Source: Chrysomallon squamiferum
Lineage: Eukaryota; Animalia; Mollusca
Assembly (NCBI GenBank): GCA_012295275.1
Contig: CM022677.1
Span: 5,828,001-5,892,000 of the forward strand
DNA length: 64,000 nt
Reading direction: 5' to 3'
Shown here: positions 13,862 through 30,414 of the stretch, piece after piece
Layout: each line of letters starts with the position of its first letter
Numbering within the stretch: position 1 is the first letter of the stretch
Position numbers and translations under genes: made by a program
Notes under the pieces: generated by a model
The model's input: the letters and a program-made list of their open reading frames with translations, nothing else
Told to the model about the DNA's origin: nothing
The model's database searches: none

Positions 13862-14629
13862 TGTTTTTCACTTTCAAATTGCAGTGTGTTTTTCTTGAAC
13901 AATACAGGAAATTTACTTTATCTAATGAAGAAAACAAAAGTAATATACATTTATAAAATATATTTATTATGTTAATTGAATTACAATACACTCTATAATA
14001 ATAACTGTTATTTTAAAATATTAGCAGCTTAATGGACTTTTACTATCAAGGGTTACTTACTTAGGTATCATCCCATTTGTTACACATCCATTTGTCACAG
14101 ACCTTGTAACAAAACAGTTCATAATCGAGTGAATTGGTAAATCAGATGCAGTTGATCCGTATTACAATTTAACAGAATTTTAAAAAACCCAACAACTTTA
14201 AACAAAGCAGTTTAAAGTGGTTTAAGTTGTTTTGGAAAGTTATTTAATTCCCCACGTCATTAATCCCAACCAAAACAACAGCTTAATAAAACTCTACTAT
14301 CACGTGACTTGCACAAGCAACCGCAACAAGTATTTTGTTAAACTGATTTCCTCTTTCTAAAAGTGAAAACAAAAATATCTTGTGACAATCGCAGAGAAAA
14401 TTTACTGTGGCACAAAAAGTACATAAAGTACATATACAGGTCTCAGGTATATACAAATTAGGATTTTCTTTCTTTCTTTCTGGCTATTATTATTATTATT
14501 ATTATTGTTATCACATTTGCTAATTTCTTTCTATTTGGTTATTCTATATCATCTTTGTATTTAGTAACTGAATAAAATGAAAAGTTAATATTATACACAC
14601 CGGCTTAATTAGTTCTTCAGCTGTAAGAA

Positions 14630-17100
<2,471 letters not shown>

Positions 17101-17616
17101 TAAGACGCCATGTAAGTAAGAGCTTGTATAAATGGTTAAAACAACAAAGTGACAGTCTGAGCCAGGACGTGACAAACAAGAAAATACACTCATGTACAGC
17201 AGTTATCAGATCTCTGTAAGTAACAGCTTGTATAAAACAAAGTGAGAGTCTGAGCCATCACGTGACAAACAAGAAAATACAGGCATGTACAGCAGTTATC
17301 AGATACCTGTAAGCAGTGAACTGAGCAGAGAATTGTGTATCACGTAGAAGACAGATGAGAATATATTTCACTATGTTCAACAGTGCAGTTAGAAGAATAC
17401 CTCTCACACAAGACATGACCGCTGTGTGACAAATACTGCAGTGATTCAGAATGCCTGGCTCCAGAAAGACAGAAAGATAAAGAAAGAAAGAGACAGCAGA
17501 GAGAACAAAATAATGAATTTAGCAGAAAAGCAAAGAGGAAAAAGAAGAAAAGATGACAGAGAGGAAACAAAAGGAAAGACTGAAAAAATACAACAGAACC
17601 ACACACCAAGTAAAAC

Positions 17617-18900
17617 ATGGACAAGTAAGGTAGATGTGTTAAACTAATAAAACAATTACTTATAGACAAGTAAGGTAGATGTATTAAACTAATAAAACTA
17701 TTACTTATAGACAAGTAAGGTAGATGTGTTAAGCTAATAAAACAATTACTTATAGACAAGTAAGGTAGATGTGTTCAGCTAATAAAACAATTACTTATAG
17801 ACAAGTAAGGTAGATGTGTTCAGCTAATAAAACAATTACTTATAGACAAGTAAGGTATTAAGCTAATAAAACAATTACTTATGGACAAGTAAGGTAGATG
17901 TGTTCAGCTAATAAAACAATTACTTATAGACAAGTAAAAAACTAATAAAACAATTACTTATAGACAAGTAAGGTATTAAGCTAATAAAACAATTACTTAT
18001 GGACAAGTAATAAAAAACTAATTTACTTATAGACAAGTAAGGTAGATGTGTTAAACTAATAAAACAATTACTTATGGACAAGTAAGGTATTAAGCTAATA
18101 AAACAATTACTTATGGACAAGTAAGGTAGATGTATTAAGCTAATAAAACAATTACTTATGGACAAGTAAGGTAGATGTGTTAAGCTAATAAAACAATTAC
18201 TTATGGACAAGTAAGGTATTAAGCTAATAAAACAATTACTTATGGACAAGTAAGGTATTAAGCTAATAAAACAATTACTTATAGACAAGTAATAAAAATA
18301 AAACAATTACTTATAGACAAGTAAGGTAGATGTGTTAAGCTAATAAAACAATTACTTATGGACAAGTAAGGTATTGTATTAATAAAACAATTAATAAAAA
18401 GGTAATTAAACTTATAAAACAAGTAAGGTATATTAAGCTAATAAAACAATTACTTATAGACAAGTAAGGTAGATGTGTTAAACTAATAAAACAATTACTT
18501 ATAGACAAGTAAGGTAGATGTATTAAACTAATAAAACAATTACTTATAGACAAGTAAGGTAGATGTATTAAGCTAATAAAACAATTACTTATGGACAAGT
18601 AAGGTAGATGTATTAAACTAATAAAACAATTACTTATAGACAAGTAAGGTAGATGTAAAACAATAAAACAATTACTTATGGACAAGTAAGGTAGATGTAT
18701 TAAACTAATAAAACAATTACTTATAGACAAGTAAGGTAGATGTAACTAATAAAACAATTACTTATAGACAAGTAAGGTATTAATGTATTAAAACTAATAA
18801 AAAACAATTACTTATGGACAAGTAAGGTAGATGTATTAAACTAATAAAACAATTACTTATGGACAAGTAAGGCAGATGTGGCTAATAAAAACAAGTAAGG
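17617..18900. repeat. Minisatellite, 45-bp unit with 39-bp variant (~29 copies)
   Basis: Unit gacaagtaaggtagatgtgttaagctaataaaacaattacttata; the variant lacks 6 bp. Produces the SISNCFISLTHLPYL ORFs. Confidence 0.97.
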
Positions 18901-19479
18901 CTTGTACAGAATAAGAATAATCAACTGTTTTAAGACATTAGAAAGGTTGCCACATCCTGGCTCATACTTAACTTTTAAAAACTAAAATTAACATAAACTG
19001 TAATTTCCTGCTGAATGGTATGTGATCTTCTGAAACAGACTGGGTAAACAACTACAGGATACATTTTATAAAGCACGTTACTTTCTATGAGAGCAGAGTT
19101 TTGGAATTAATAGTATGGTAAAAAAAAGTGATGTCCAAATTTTGTCACTTCCTGGTGTATTTTACTTTTAAATTACAGGTAAAATATTACGTCAGACAAA
19201 AACAGATATGAATTACTTATAGCAGCATGTTCATTGTCTCTATGAAAGGTCAAACATCAATCTATGAAGAGAGATTTTTAGTGACTAAAGAGTGAACATG
19301 TCACCTCCTGGCTGAAATTCTTACCATGGAATAATTATTATTATTGTTGTTGTTGTTGTATTCAGTAATTCACTTATTTAATGATTGATTGTTTGATTGA
19401 TTTTAATTCTTTATTATCACTGTATTAAATAAATGAATGAAATAACACTTGGTCACTGCTGACTACTACACTAATATTA

Positions 19480-22060
<2,581 letters not shown>

Positions 22061-22614
22061 ATAGAAACAATTTACAGTATCTAGATACACACAGACTACA
22101 CAGAATTATAGTTACACAAATCTACACTGCATTTAATTCATCACAATGCATTGGCTTATATATTTTATTTTGAAAATGTTATCTAGCTCAATAATTATAC
22201 TTTTCAGTTGAAAGGTTAAAACTGTACATAATACTTAACACACAATTACTTACACTGACACAACACTACAGTAAACATAAACACAAATGAAGCAGTTCAA
22301 AATAAAACTATATCAGGTAGAACTGTTTCAGGATGAAGTAGAAAATTAAGATCAGCTTTGTACCACAGAAATTAGAAATTTATATTTATTATGAACTTTA
22401 ATTTCATACTAAAATATTATTTTTGAGTAATTTTAAAATATTCTAACCAGGTATTCTTCCAATTACAAGTGACAGTCTGTATAGGTTGAAATGTTTAGGT
22501 ATTTTTTTATATTTTTTATATCAAATTGTATTTATCTCTTACTATTTTCAAAACCATGATCCAGTAAATAAAAAAGTTTCCTGTTTGATAAGAGGAAAAC
22601 TGCAACTCTTAGTT

Positions 22615-25600
22615 TTTCAAAAGCAGTTTCTAATGTTTACATCTACACCTTTTTCACTCAGTGCTGTCACAATTTCTGTATTTTCGTGTTCAGCTGCTAG
22701 GTGTAAAACAGAATTTTCATCATTGTCTGTTAAATTAGGATCAGCTCCATGTTCCAGTAAATACAAAACTACTTTGTTCAAATATTCATGTCCTACAAAA
22801 TATAAAACTACTTTGCAAGGTTCGTACTTAACAGCTGAAAAAAGAGGAGTTTCACCTCAGCTATTCTTAATATTTACATCAAAACCTCGTACCACAGAGT
22901 GCCTAATTAAAATAGGATCAGCTCCATGTTGCAATAAATAGAAAACTACTTGAAATTTTTCATTGTACAGAAACTTATCACGTTCATCGTAAGTAACAGC
23001 TGAAAAAAGTGGAGTTTCACCTTTGATGTTTTTAATATTTACATCAAAACCTATTTCAATCAGTTTTGCCACAACTTTTATTTTTCCATATTTAGCCGCT
23101 AGGTGTAAAACAGAATTGTGATCATTGTCTGTTACATTAGGATCAGCTCCGTGTTGCAGTAAATACAAAATTATTTTACACTGTTCATACTTCAGAGATG
23201 GGTTAAGGTAAGGCCAACTAAGTGCTGTTAAAATAGCAGTTTCACCTCGACTGTTTTTAATGTTTACATCTGCACCTTTTTTAATCAGTGCTGCCACAAT
23301 ATCCATAGATGCATATCTAGCTGCTAAGTGTAAAACAGAATTTTTATCATTGTCTTTTACATTAGGATCAGCTCCATGTTCCAGTAAATAAAAAGCTACT
23401 TTGTTGAAACGATCAAACTCAGTTAAACACCAAGCTGCTTGGGTATCTTCCCAATGAACAGCTCTAAAAAGAGGAGTTTCACCTTTGATGTTTTTAATGT
23501 TTACATCAAAACCTTTTTCAATCAGTAATGACACAACTTCTATATATCCATGTTCAGCTGCTAGGTGAAAACAGAATTGTTATCATTGTCTGTTACATTA
23601 GGATCAGCTCCGTGTTGCAGTAAATACACAACTACTTTGCTTATTCTATTCCTAGTAGATCTCTCTATATTTCCGTAAGCAAGAGCTACGGAAAGAGGAG
23701 TTTGACCTTGGCTGTTTTTAATGTTTACATCAACACCTCTGTCAACCAGTTCTGTCACAATGTCAATAAATCCACATTTAGCTGCTAGGTGTAAAACAGA
23801 ATTATTATCATTGTCTCTTAGATTAGGATCAGCTCCGTGTTCCAGTAAATAAAAACACAATCTGTTCATATGCTCCTGTCCTGTTTCTGATAGATAGAAA
23901 AAGCATGTCTTCGTTTCATATTCAAGAGCTCTAAAAAGAGGAGTTTCACCTCGGCTGTTTGTAATGTTTACATCAGCATCTTTTTCAATCAGTACTGTCA
24001 CAAGTTCTATATTTCGTTCTCCGGCTGCTACATGCAAAAGAGAATTCCCATCTATGTCTATTACATTAGGATCAGCTCCATGTTCAAGTAAATAAAAAAC
24101 TACTTTGTTCTCTTTATACGTAACAGCTTTAAAAAGAGGAGTTTCACCTCGGCTGTTTGTAATGTTTACATCAAAATCTTTTTCAATCAGTACTGTCACA
24201 AGTTCTATATTTCGTTGTCCGGCTGCTACATGCAAAAGATAATTCCCATCTATGTCTTTTACATTAGGATCAGCTCCATGTTCCAGTAAATAAAAAACTA
24301 CTTTGTTCTGTTTATTCTCAACAGCTCTAAAAAGAGGAGTTTCACCTCGGCTGTTTGTAATGTTTACATCAAAATCTTTTTCAATCAGTACTGTCACAAT
24401 TTCTATATTTCCTTCTCCGGCTGCTACATGCAAAAGATAATTCCCATCTATGTCTATTACATTAGGATCAGCTCCATGGTCCAGTAAATACAAATCTACT
24501 GTGTTCTGTTTATTCTCAACAGCTCTAAAAAGAGGAGTTTTACCTCTAGTGTTTTTAACATTCACATCAACACCTGTTTCAATCAGTTCTTTCACAATTT
24601 TTATGTTTCCATGTTTAGCTGCTAGGTGTAAAACAGAATTGTTATTATTGTCTGTTAAATTAGGATCAGCTCCATGTTCCAGTAAGTAAAAAGCTTTTTC
24701 GTTCCAACAATTAGATCCTCCTTGTTTTAGTACTGTTACCTCTACATCATTATCAACAGCACTGAAAAGAGGAGTTTCACCTTGGATATTCTTAATATTT
24801 ATATCAGCATCTTTTTCTATCAGTTTTTTCACAATTTCTATATCTCCATGTTTAGCTGCTTCATGTAAAACAGAATTGTTATCATTGTCTGTTAAATTAG
24901 GATCAGCTCCACACTCCAGTAAATACAAAGCTACTTTGGTTTGTTTATGCTTAACACCTGTAAAAAGAGGAGTTTCACCTTGGCTGTTTTTAATATTTAT
25001 ATCAATACCTTTTTCAATCAGTGCTCTCACAATTTCAATATATCCGTCTTTAGCTGCTATGTGTAAAACAGAATTTTTATCATTGATTGTTATATTATAA
25101 TCAGCTCCATGATCCAGTAAATATAAAGCTACACTACATTTTACACTATCTAGAGATGAATAATGCCCATGGTCAGTAAGAGCTGTAACAAGGGGAGTTT
25201 CACCTCGACTGTCTTTAATGTTTACATCAGCATCTTTGTCAATCAGTGCTGTCACAATTTCTGGACTTCCATGTTTAGCTGCTTGGTGTAAAACAGAATT
25301 GTTATCATTGTCTGTTAATTTAGGATCAGCTCCATGTTGCAGTAAATACACAGCTACTTTACATTTTTCATCCGTCACAAATGTCTCAAAACGACAGAAA
25401 GGTAAAATCCTATCGAAATATTTACATTTAACAACTGCAAAAAGAGGAGTTTCACCTCGGATGTTTTTAACGTTTACATTAGCACCTTTTTCAATCAGTG
25501 CTGTCACAAGTTTTATATTTCCTTGTTCAGCTGCTAAGTGTAAAACAGAATTGTTATGATTGTCTGCTGAATTAGGATCAGCTCCATGTTTTAATAAATA

Positions 25601-27361
25601 TAAAGCTATTTCAATTGAGTCATTTTTCAGATGTAGATAACATTTATTGTCCTTTTTACATTTCATAGCTGTAATAAGTGGAGTTTCATCTTTATTGTTT
25701 TTTATATTTACTTCAGCACCTTTTTCAGTCAGTGCTGTCACAATTTCTATATTTCCATGTTCAGTTGCTAGGTGTAAAACAGAATTGTTATAAATGTCTG
25801 TTAAATTAGGATCAGCTCCACATTCTAGTAAACGTAAAGCTATTTCAGGACTGCTGTTGTATAAGGACAAATGTAGAGGAGTTTGTCCTTCAGTGTTTTT
25901 TACATTTATTTCAGCACCTTTATCTAACAGCTCTTTCACCAGATCTATGTCAATTTTAGATGCTATGTGTAAAACTGAATTCTTTTGTTTATCTGTTATG
26001 TTAATATCAGCACCATTTTCCAGTAAGAACAAAGCTACTTCCTTTCTGTGTGTCACTGCTTTTAAAGTTTTATGAAGTGGAGTTTCTCCCTCACTGTTTA
26101 CTGCATTAACATCAGCATTTCTCTTTATCAGTGATTTTATCATATCTATGTCTCCACGCAGAACTGAAATGTGGAGCGGTAAATCGGAAGGCAACAGACT
26201 AGGTTTAACTTCAAGCGATTCAGTTTTGAGAGGAATGTTGATGTCTATGATCATGAATGCATCAGGGATGTCTGGTGACATAATTTGCTGTTCAAAGTAC
26301 TGAATCAATTTCTCATTAACAGGTGCATTCATGTTTAGATCAGCTCCTTTATCAAGAAGACACTGAACAACATCTACACTGTTAAACATCACTGCTACTT
26401 TCAGTACTTCACTTTTCTTCCACTTGTCATTACATCTCTGCTCAATGAGAAAATTCACTGTATCAATACATCCCCACATTGCTGCTGCTAAAAGTACTTT
26501 ATCTTTGTTCTCATCATTTAAACAATCAGGTTTCAGTTTTACTATTTCTTTTATAACACTTGAAGTACTCTGACCAGCTGCAACGATAGCAATGTCTTTA
26601 GTTTTGTTTATTATATCAATGGTAACCAGTTTCTTAAAAAGATGACTTACATCAACATCTTTAATAGTCTTTGCCTTTTCAAAATGCAAATCACATTCCA
26701 CAATATGCCTGTCATGTAACAGAAATTTTATTTTTCTAAGAAACCTAATCAACAACAGTTTTACAGCTTTTATCTTGATTTCACTGTTTTCTTCCTCTTT
26801 GTTTATCATGTCAGCCAACAGACAGGCAATATTCATGTTACGTGAACAAATAGAAATATGTAACAAGTCTGAAATTACACACAGTTTTGTTTTCTTTTTA
26901 TTCTTGAACAATTCTCTAAGTATGATAACATTGTCTGTTTTTGAACCAACAGCTGCACAGAATGCATCATGTGTTGGAACAACACCTGATTTTATCATTA
27001 TCCTCACAATATCTTCATCACCAAAGAAACAAGATAAAATTAAAACTTTGTTTTTCAAATCTGTTTGTTCCATTTTACACAGATTTGATGTGAAACATTT
27101 TGACAATGTTTTTAGTCCATTTACAATGCAACGACTTGTAATAGATGATGTCTCTATAAAATTTTCATGAGCTTTCAAATACAGTTTTTCTCTGGAGTCA
27201 AATTTTGAATAATTGTCAAGAAGACATGAAATACTGCAAAATATTTCATTAGCACTGGAAACATTTACAAAAGATATATAACCGTATGGATATTTATCAT
27301 CATCAGAAGTATTTAACCCATAACTTTTTTTATATGGTTTCCTATTTAGTATTTCAGACAA
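22615..27361 (-). CDS. Helical linker plus ankyrin-repeat array (~16 two-repeat units plus degenerate N-terminal repeats) of the STAND-ANK gene; disrupted in this assembly
   Basis: ORFs 23561-27361 and 22857-23534 carry repeated GETPLF.A / YLL.HGADPN..D..NSVLHLAA..G..EIV..LIEKGADVNIKN. A 1-nt deletion at ~23567 (ctaggtg-aaaac versus ctaggtgtaaaac in the other units) separates them. TGA at 22857-22859 replaces the CGA of KNSRGETP, and ANK sequence continues past it to NIRNCF* near 22615. Confidence 0.95.
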
Positions 27362-28595
27362 CCTACCATAAAATTTTTTTCCTTTATGAGATATTTCAGA
27401 AACTCTTCATCTTTCAGTGATGGATGTGAAATAATTTCTATGAAATTCTCTGATGCCAGCAGGTCAGTAAATCTGCGAGCAAGAAAATCAAAGCAGTCAG
27501 GTCTCACATTCATTGTAATGTCACTTTTATTAGACACTCCAGGCGTCACAACATATTCTAACAACATGGAAACAGGACACACTTCTAGCAACTCTGCTGC
27601 TTTCTTTGGAAACTCTGATGAAAACATCAGAAACAAACAGTCAAACACAGACTGGTGAATAAATGTGTATTTATTGTCACAACACTTCAAATAGGTACCA
27701 CACATTGCATCAGCTGTTTTCTTGATATCTGTAAGATTAGTGTTTTTTACATTCAGACAGACTTGCTCTAGTTGTCTTACTAATTTCATTATGTCAGAGT
27801 CATTTTTAAATGGATCCAGTGAATCAATGCTGAGACTGCCTTGTTTGAACAAAATCATCAGTAGAACCAGGTAATTGAGCTGTAAAGATTTGTCTTTTTT
27901 CAAATTTTCCAGCCCTTGTTTGAGATATTCTATAGGTTTCTTAAAAAAGTCAACTCCTCTTTTCTGTGCATCACTTGAATTAACATAATACAAACACACC
28001 TGAGGAAATCCTAACTCTGTACATGAACTGTAAATGACAGCCTTTTTATCAGTTTCATCCATTTTAACATCCTTTTGTTTGAGATATTTGTTTAGAATTT
28101 CTTCCTTTTCATCATAAGTCAGACAACAGTCTTCACTCTGCAGATCAAGAACATGATTCTTTCTAAACAGATCAAATTCCTTTAAACTAGTTTCACTTTC
28201 TGAATATATTTGTTTTTTTAAAGTAATAATGCATTTCAAAAAACTATTCTGAACAAGATTCGAGATCTTTGGAAATTTGAGTTTCCATGAGTCTATAAAA
28301 TCTTTAACAAGATTAGTCTTACCAAATATATCATCAATGAGAACAACACACTTCTTATCTGTAGATACAGGGATGTCACTGAATTCAGAGTGATGAGTCA
28401 GCAAGTAAGATTCTCTTTTTTCTTCATTTTCTATCTGTCTCATCATGCTCAAAGCTAGAGTTGTCTTTCCTGAACCTGGACATCCTACTACAATCACAAC
28501 ACCATTCTTCTTCAAAAGTGCAACACCTCTTTTCTCTGCTCTTGTTTTAACATAGATACTCCAGTCAAATGAGTTTAACAGGAACCTGGTAGACT
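27346..28595 (-). CDS. nSTAND3-type P-loop NTPase domain (start of the large exon of an NLR-like STAND-ankyrin gene)
   Basis: Acceptor tacag at 28596-28600. Translation YVKTRAEKRGVALLKKNGVVIVVGCPGSGKTTLA (Walker A), VVLIDDIFG (Walker B), IIT, VLDL..LTYDEKEEIL, GFPQVC, DFFKKP, YTFIHQSVFD, which is the motif order of the nSTAND3 domains expanded in molluscs. Joins the ANK ORF by one extra base at the A7 run 27374-27380. Confidence 0.9.
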
Positions 28596-28827
28596 CTGTA
28601 ACACAACATTAAAAAAGAAAAGATATCTGTTATTAACTGTTTAGAGCATATTTTACTATTTAAATACAAATGAGACAACTTTTAACTACATAAGATGTGA
28701 AGTTTAATAAAAAAAAAAGGCAATTGTTTGCTCTCATAATTTTAGATGGTGTAAAAGAAGATATATAATTATCTTGTTGTTAATGAATATCTTTGAAAAC
28801 TATTTAAACAATAATAATAAAAAATAC

Positions 28828-28860
28828 CTTTGATATTGGATGCTCGTTCACCAGCCTTTT
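28828..28860 (-). CDS. 33-bp coding exon of the STAND-ANK gene (EKAGERASNIKE)
   Basis: tttcag|...AAAG|gtattt; phase 1-1, in frame with the NTPase exon. Confidence 0.75.
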
Positions 28861-28974
28861 CTGAAATAATATAGAAATAAAACAAATAAGTTTATATGAC
28901 TGATGTTGAGTAAAAGAGAATGATTAAAATGATCTCTACAATAACTCAGCACTATTCACGAAATAGTAAACATA

Positions 28975-29014
<40 letters not shown>

Positions 29015-29565
29015 ATTTTTTTTATTATTGTAACTGCTTTTATATAATTACTGCTACTATAATGAAAACTACTGCTTGTTTGTTATCACTAAATTATTTT
29101 TTATTGTTATTATTGTTATTAATATTGTTGTTGTTTTGCTATGATTATTGTTGCTACATGTACTTTGCACATTTCAGTATTTACAGGTAATAATAATGAC
29201 AGGGATGTAGTGTTGTTTAATTCATACTGAATTATATCAATAGTTTAAGAAGAAAATCTAGATCAGTTTAACATACATACACTGTGTTCCATGTGAATAA
29301 TATACTTGTGAGTGTGTGTGTGTCTCTGTTCAATACGTTGTTCTGTTTGTCTGCAGATATATGTGTGTGTATGTATGCTTTCTGTGTACATGTTCAGTAA
29401 GGATACATGTACATATATAATGTATATATTGTGTCTATGTATGTATGAGCATGTTTATATGTTCTTCAGTTCAAAGTGATAGAAAAGTACTAATGACTAC
29501 TGAGATGTGCCTTCTGTTATTTATTAAGCAGGTCGAAAAAAGGAAACTTTCACCTTTTAACTTAC

Positions 29566-29678
29566 CGGTATTAATAATTTTTTGTTGTCCAATAACAAAA
29601 TTACTGTCGCCAGATGCAGTCACGGAATTCTGAGCTAAGCTGACACTTATATTTTCTACCCTGACGGTGTTCTTCCAA
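29566..29678 (-). CDS. 113-bp exon WKNTVRVENISVSLAQNSVTASGDSNFVIGQQKIINT (RHIM-like motif)
   Basis: ttactcag|...ACCG|gtaagt. Only one frame is open, and its phase-1 end matches the 33-bp exon. Confidence 0.7.
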
Positions 29679-30090
29679 CTGAGTAATAGAAATTATTTAA
29701 ACTCACAATTTATAAATATAATTTCTAAAAACATTTTTATCTACATTTAGAGATATGACAGTGTACAGTATTAATTCAGTCTATATTAATAGTATTCCTG
29801 AATGAAACAATACCTTTTTATGTTTAAAAAATATGTTAATATTTTCAACTAATTATTGCATAAAATCATCAAATAATAAGAGATGTGTATTTTCTAACAA
29901 AAAACAGAACAAAATCTTTGAATTCTTAATTTATTATGAATATAAAACAAAAAAGTGTCACTTCTGAAAGCCTAAAGAATAAATAAATAAAAAGAAAAAA
30001 GAGAAAAAAAAAAAAAAATAAATAAAAAAAAGAAAAGTAGACAACAGTTGAAATACTTTATTATTAAAGGTATAAATAATGTTGTCATAC

Positions 30091-30153
30091 CCTCAGAGGA
30101 AGAAACATCTGTGTCTTCAGACATTTCTGAACTCTTTTCCTTATCCATATTGG
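30091..30153 (-). CDS. Probable start exon (ATG at 30148; MDKEKSSEMSEDTDVSSSE)
   Basis: catctcag|CCAATATG...GAGG|gtatga. It ends in phase 1 while the next exon needs phase 2, so a microexon, alternative acceptor or indel is missing from the model. Confidence 0.5.
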
Positions 30154-30314
30154 CTGAGATGTAAAAAATAATATAATAATTACTAAATTAGATGAAAGAA
30201 AACAAATACTTATTTAATACATTGCATTCATTATTATTTGGGGTCAGATATGCAGATAAAGAAAATTCAGATAAGAGAAAAAAATATAAAGAAAGAAGAA
30301 AAGAACCCACTTAC

Positions 30315-30414
30315 ACCATTTCCTGGTATACTCTTTCTGATTAACAACAAGTGATATTTCATTTAGACCTACCCACAGATAGTACTAACTATAGCAGATA
30401 TCAGTTGTTGAGCA
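30315..30414 (-). other. Probable 5' UTR exon of the STAND-ANK gene
   Basis: ttttcattttaacag| ... GGT|gtaagt, strong splice sites, no long ORF. Confidence 0.5.

Noticed and set aside
17617-18900. CRISPR-like regular array
   Set aside because: Units are contiguous with no unique spacers, there are no cas genes, and the context is eukaryotic: a minisatellite.
22486-27658. Plus-strand ORFs overlapping the ankyrin gene
   Set aside because: Antisense shadows of the repetitive ankyrin and NTPase coding strand.
23561-28515. Bacterial endosymbiont (Wolbachia-like) ankyrin gene or horizontal transfer
   Set aside because: The gene has spliceosomal introns upstream and a local paralog remnant, and it matches host composition.
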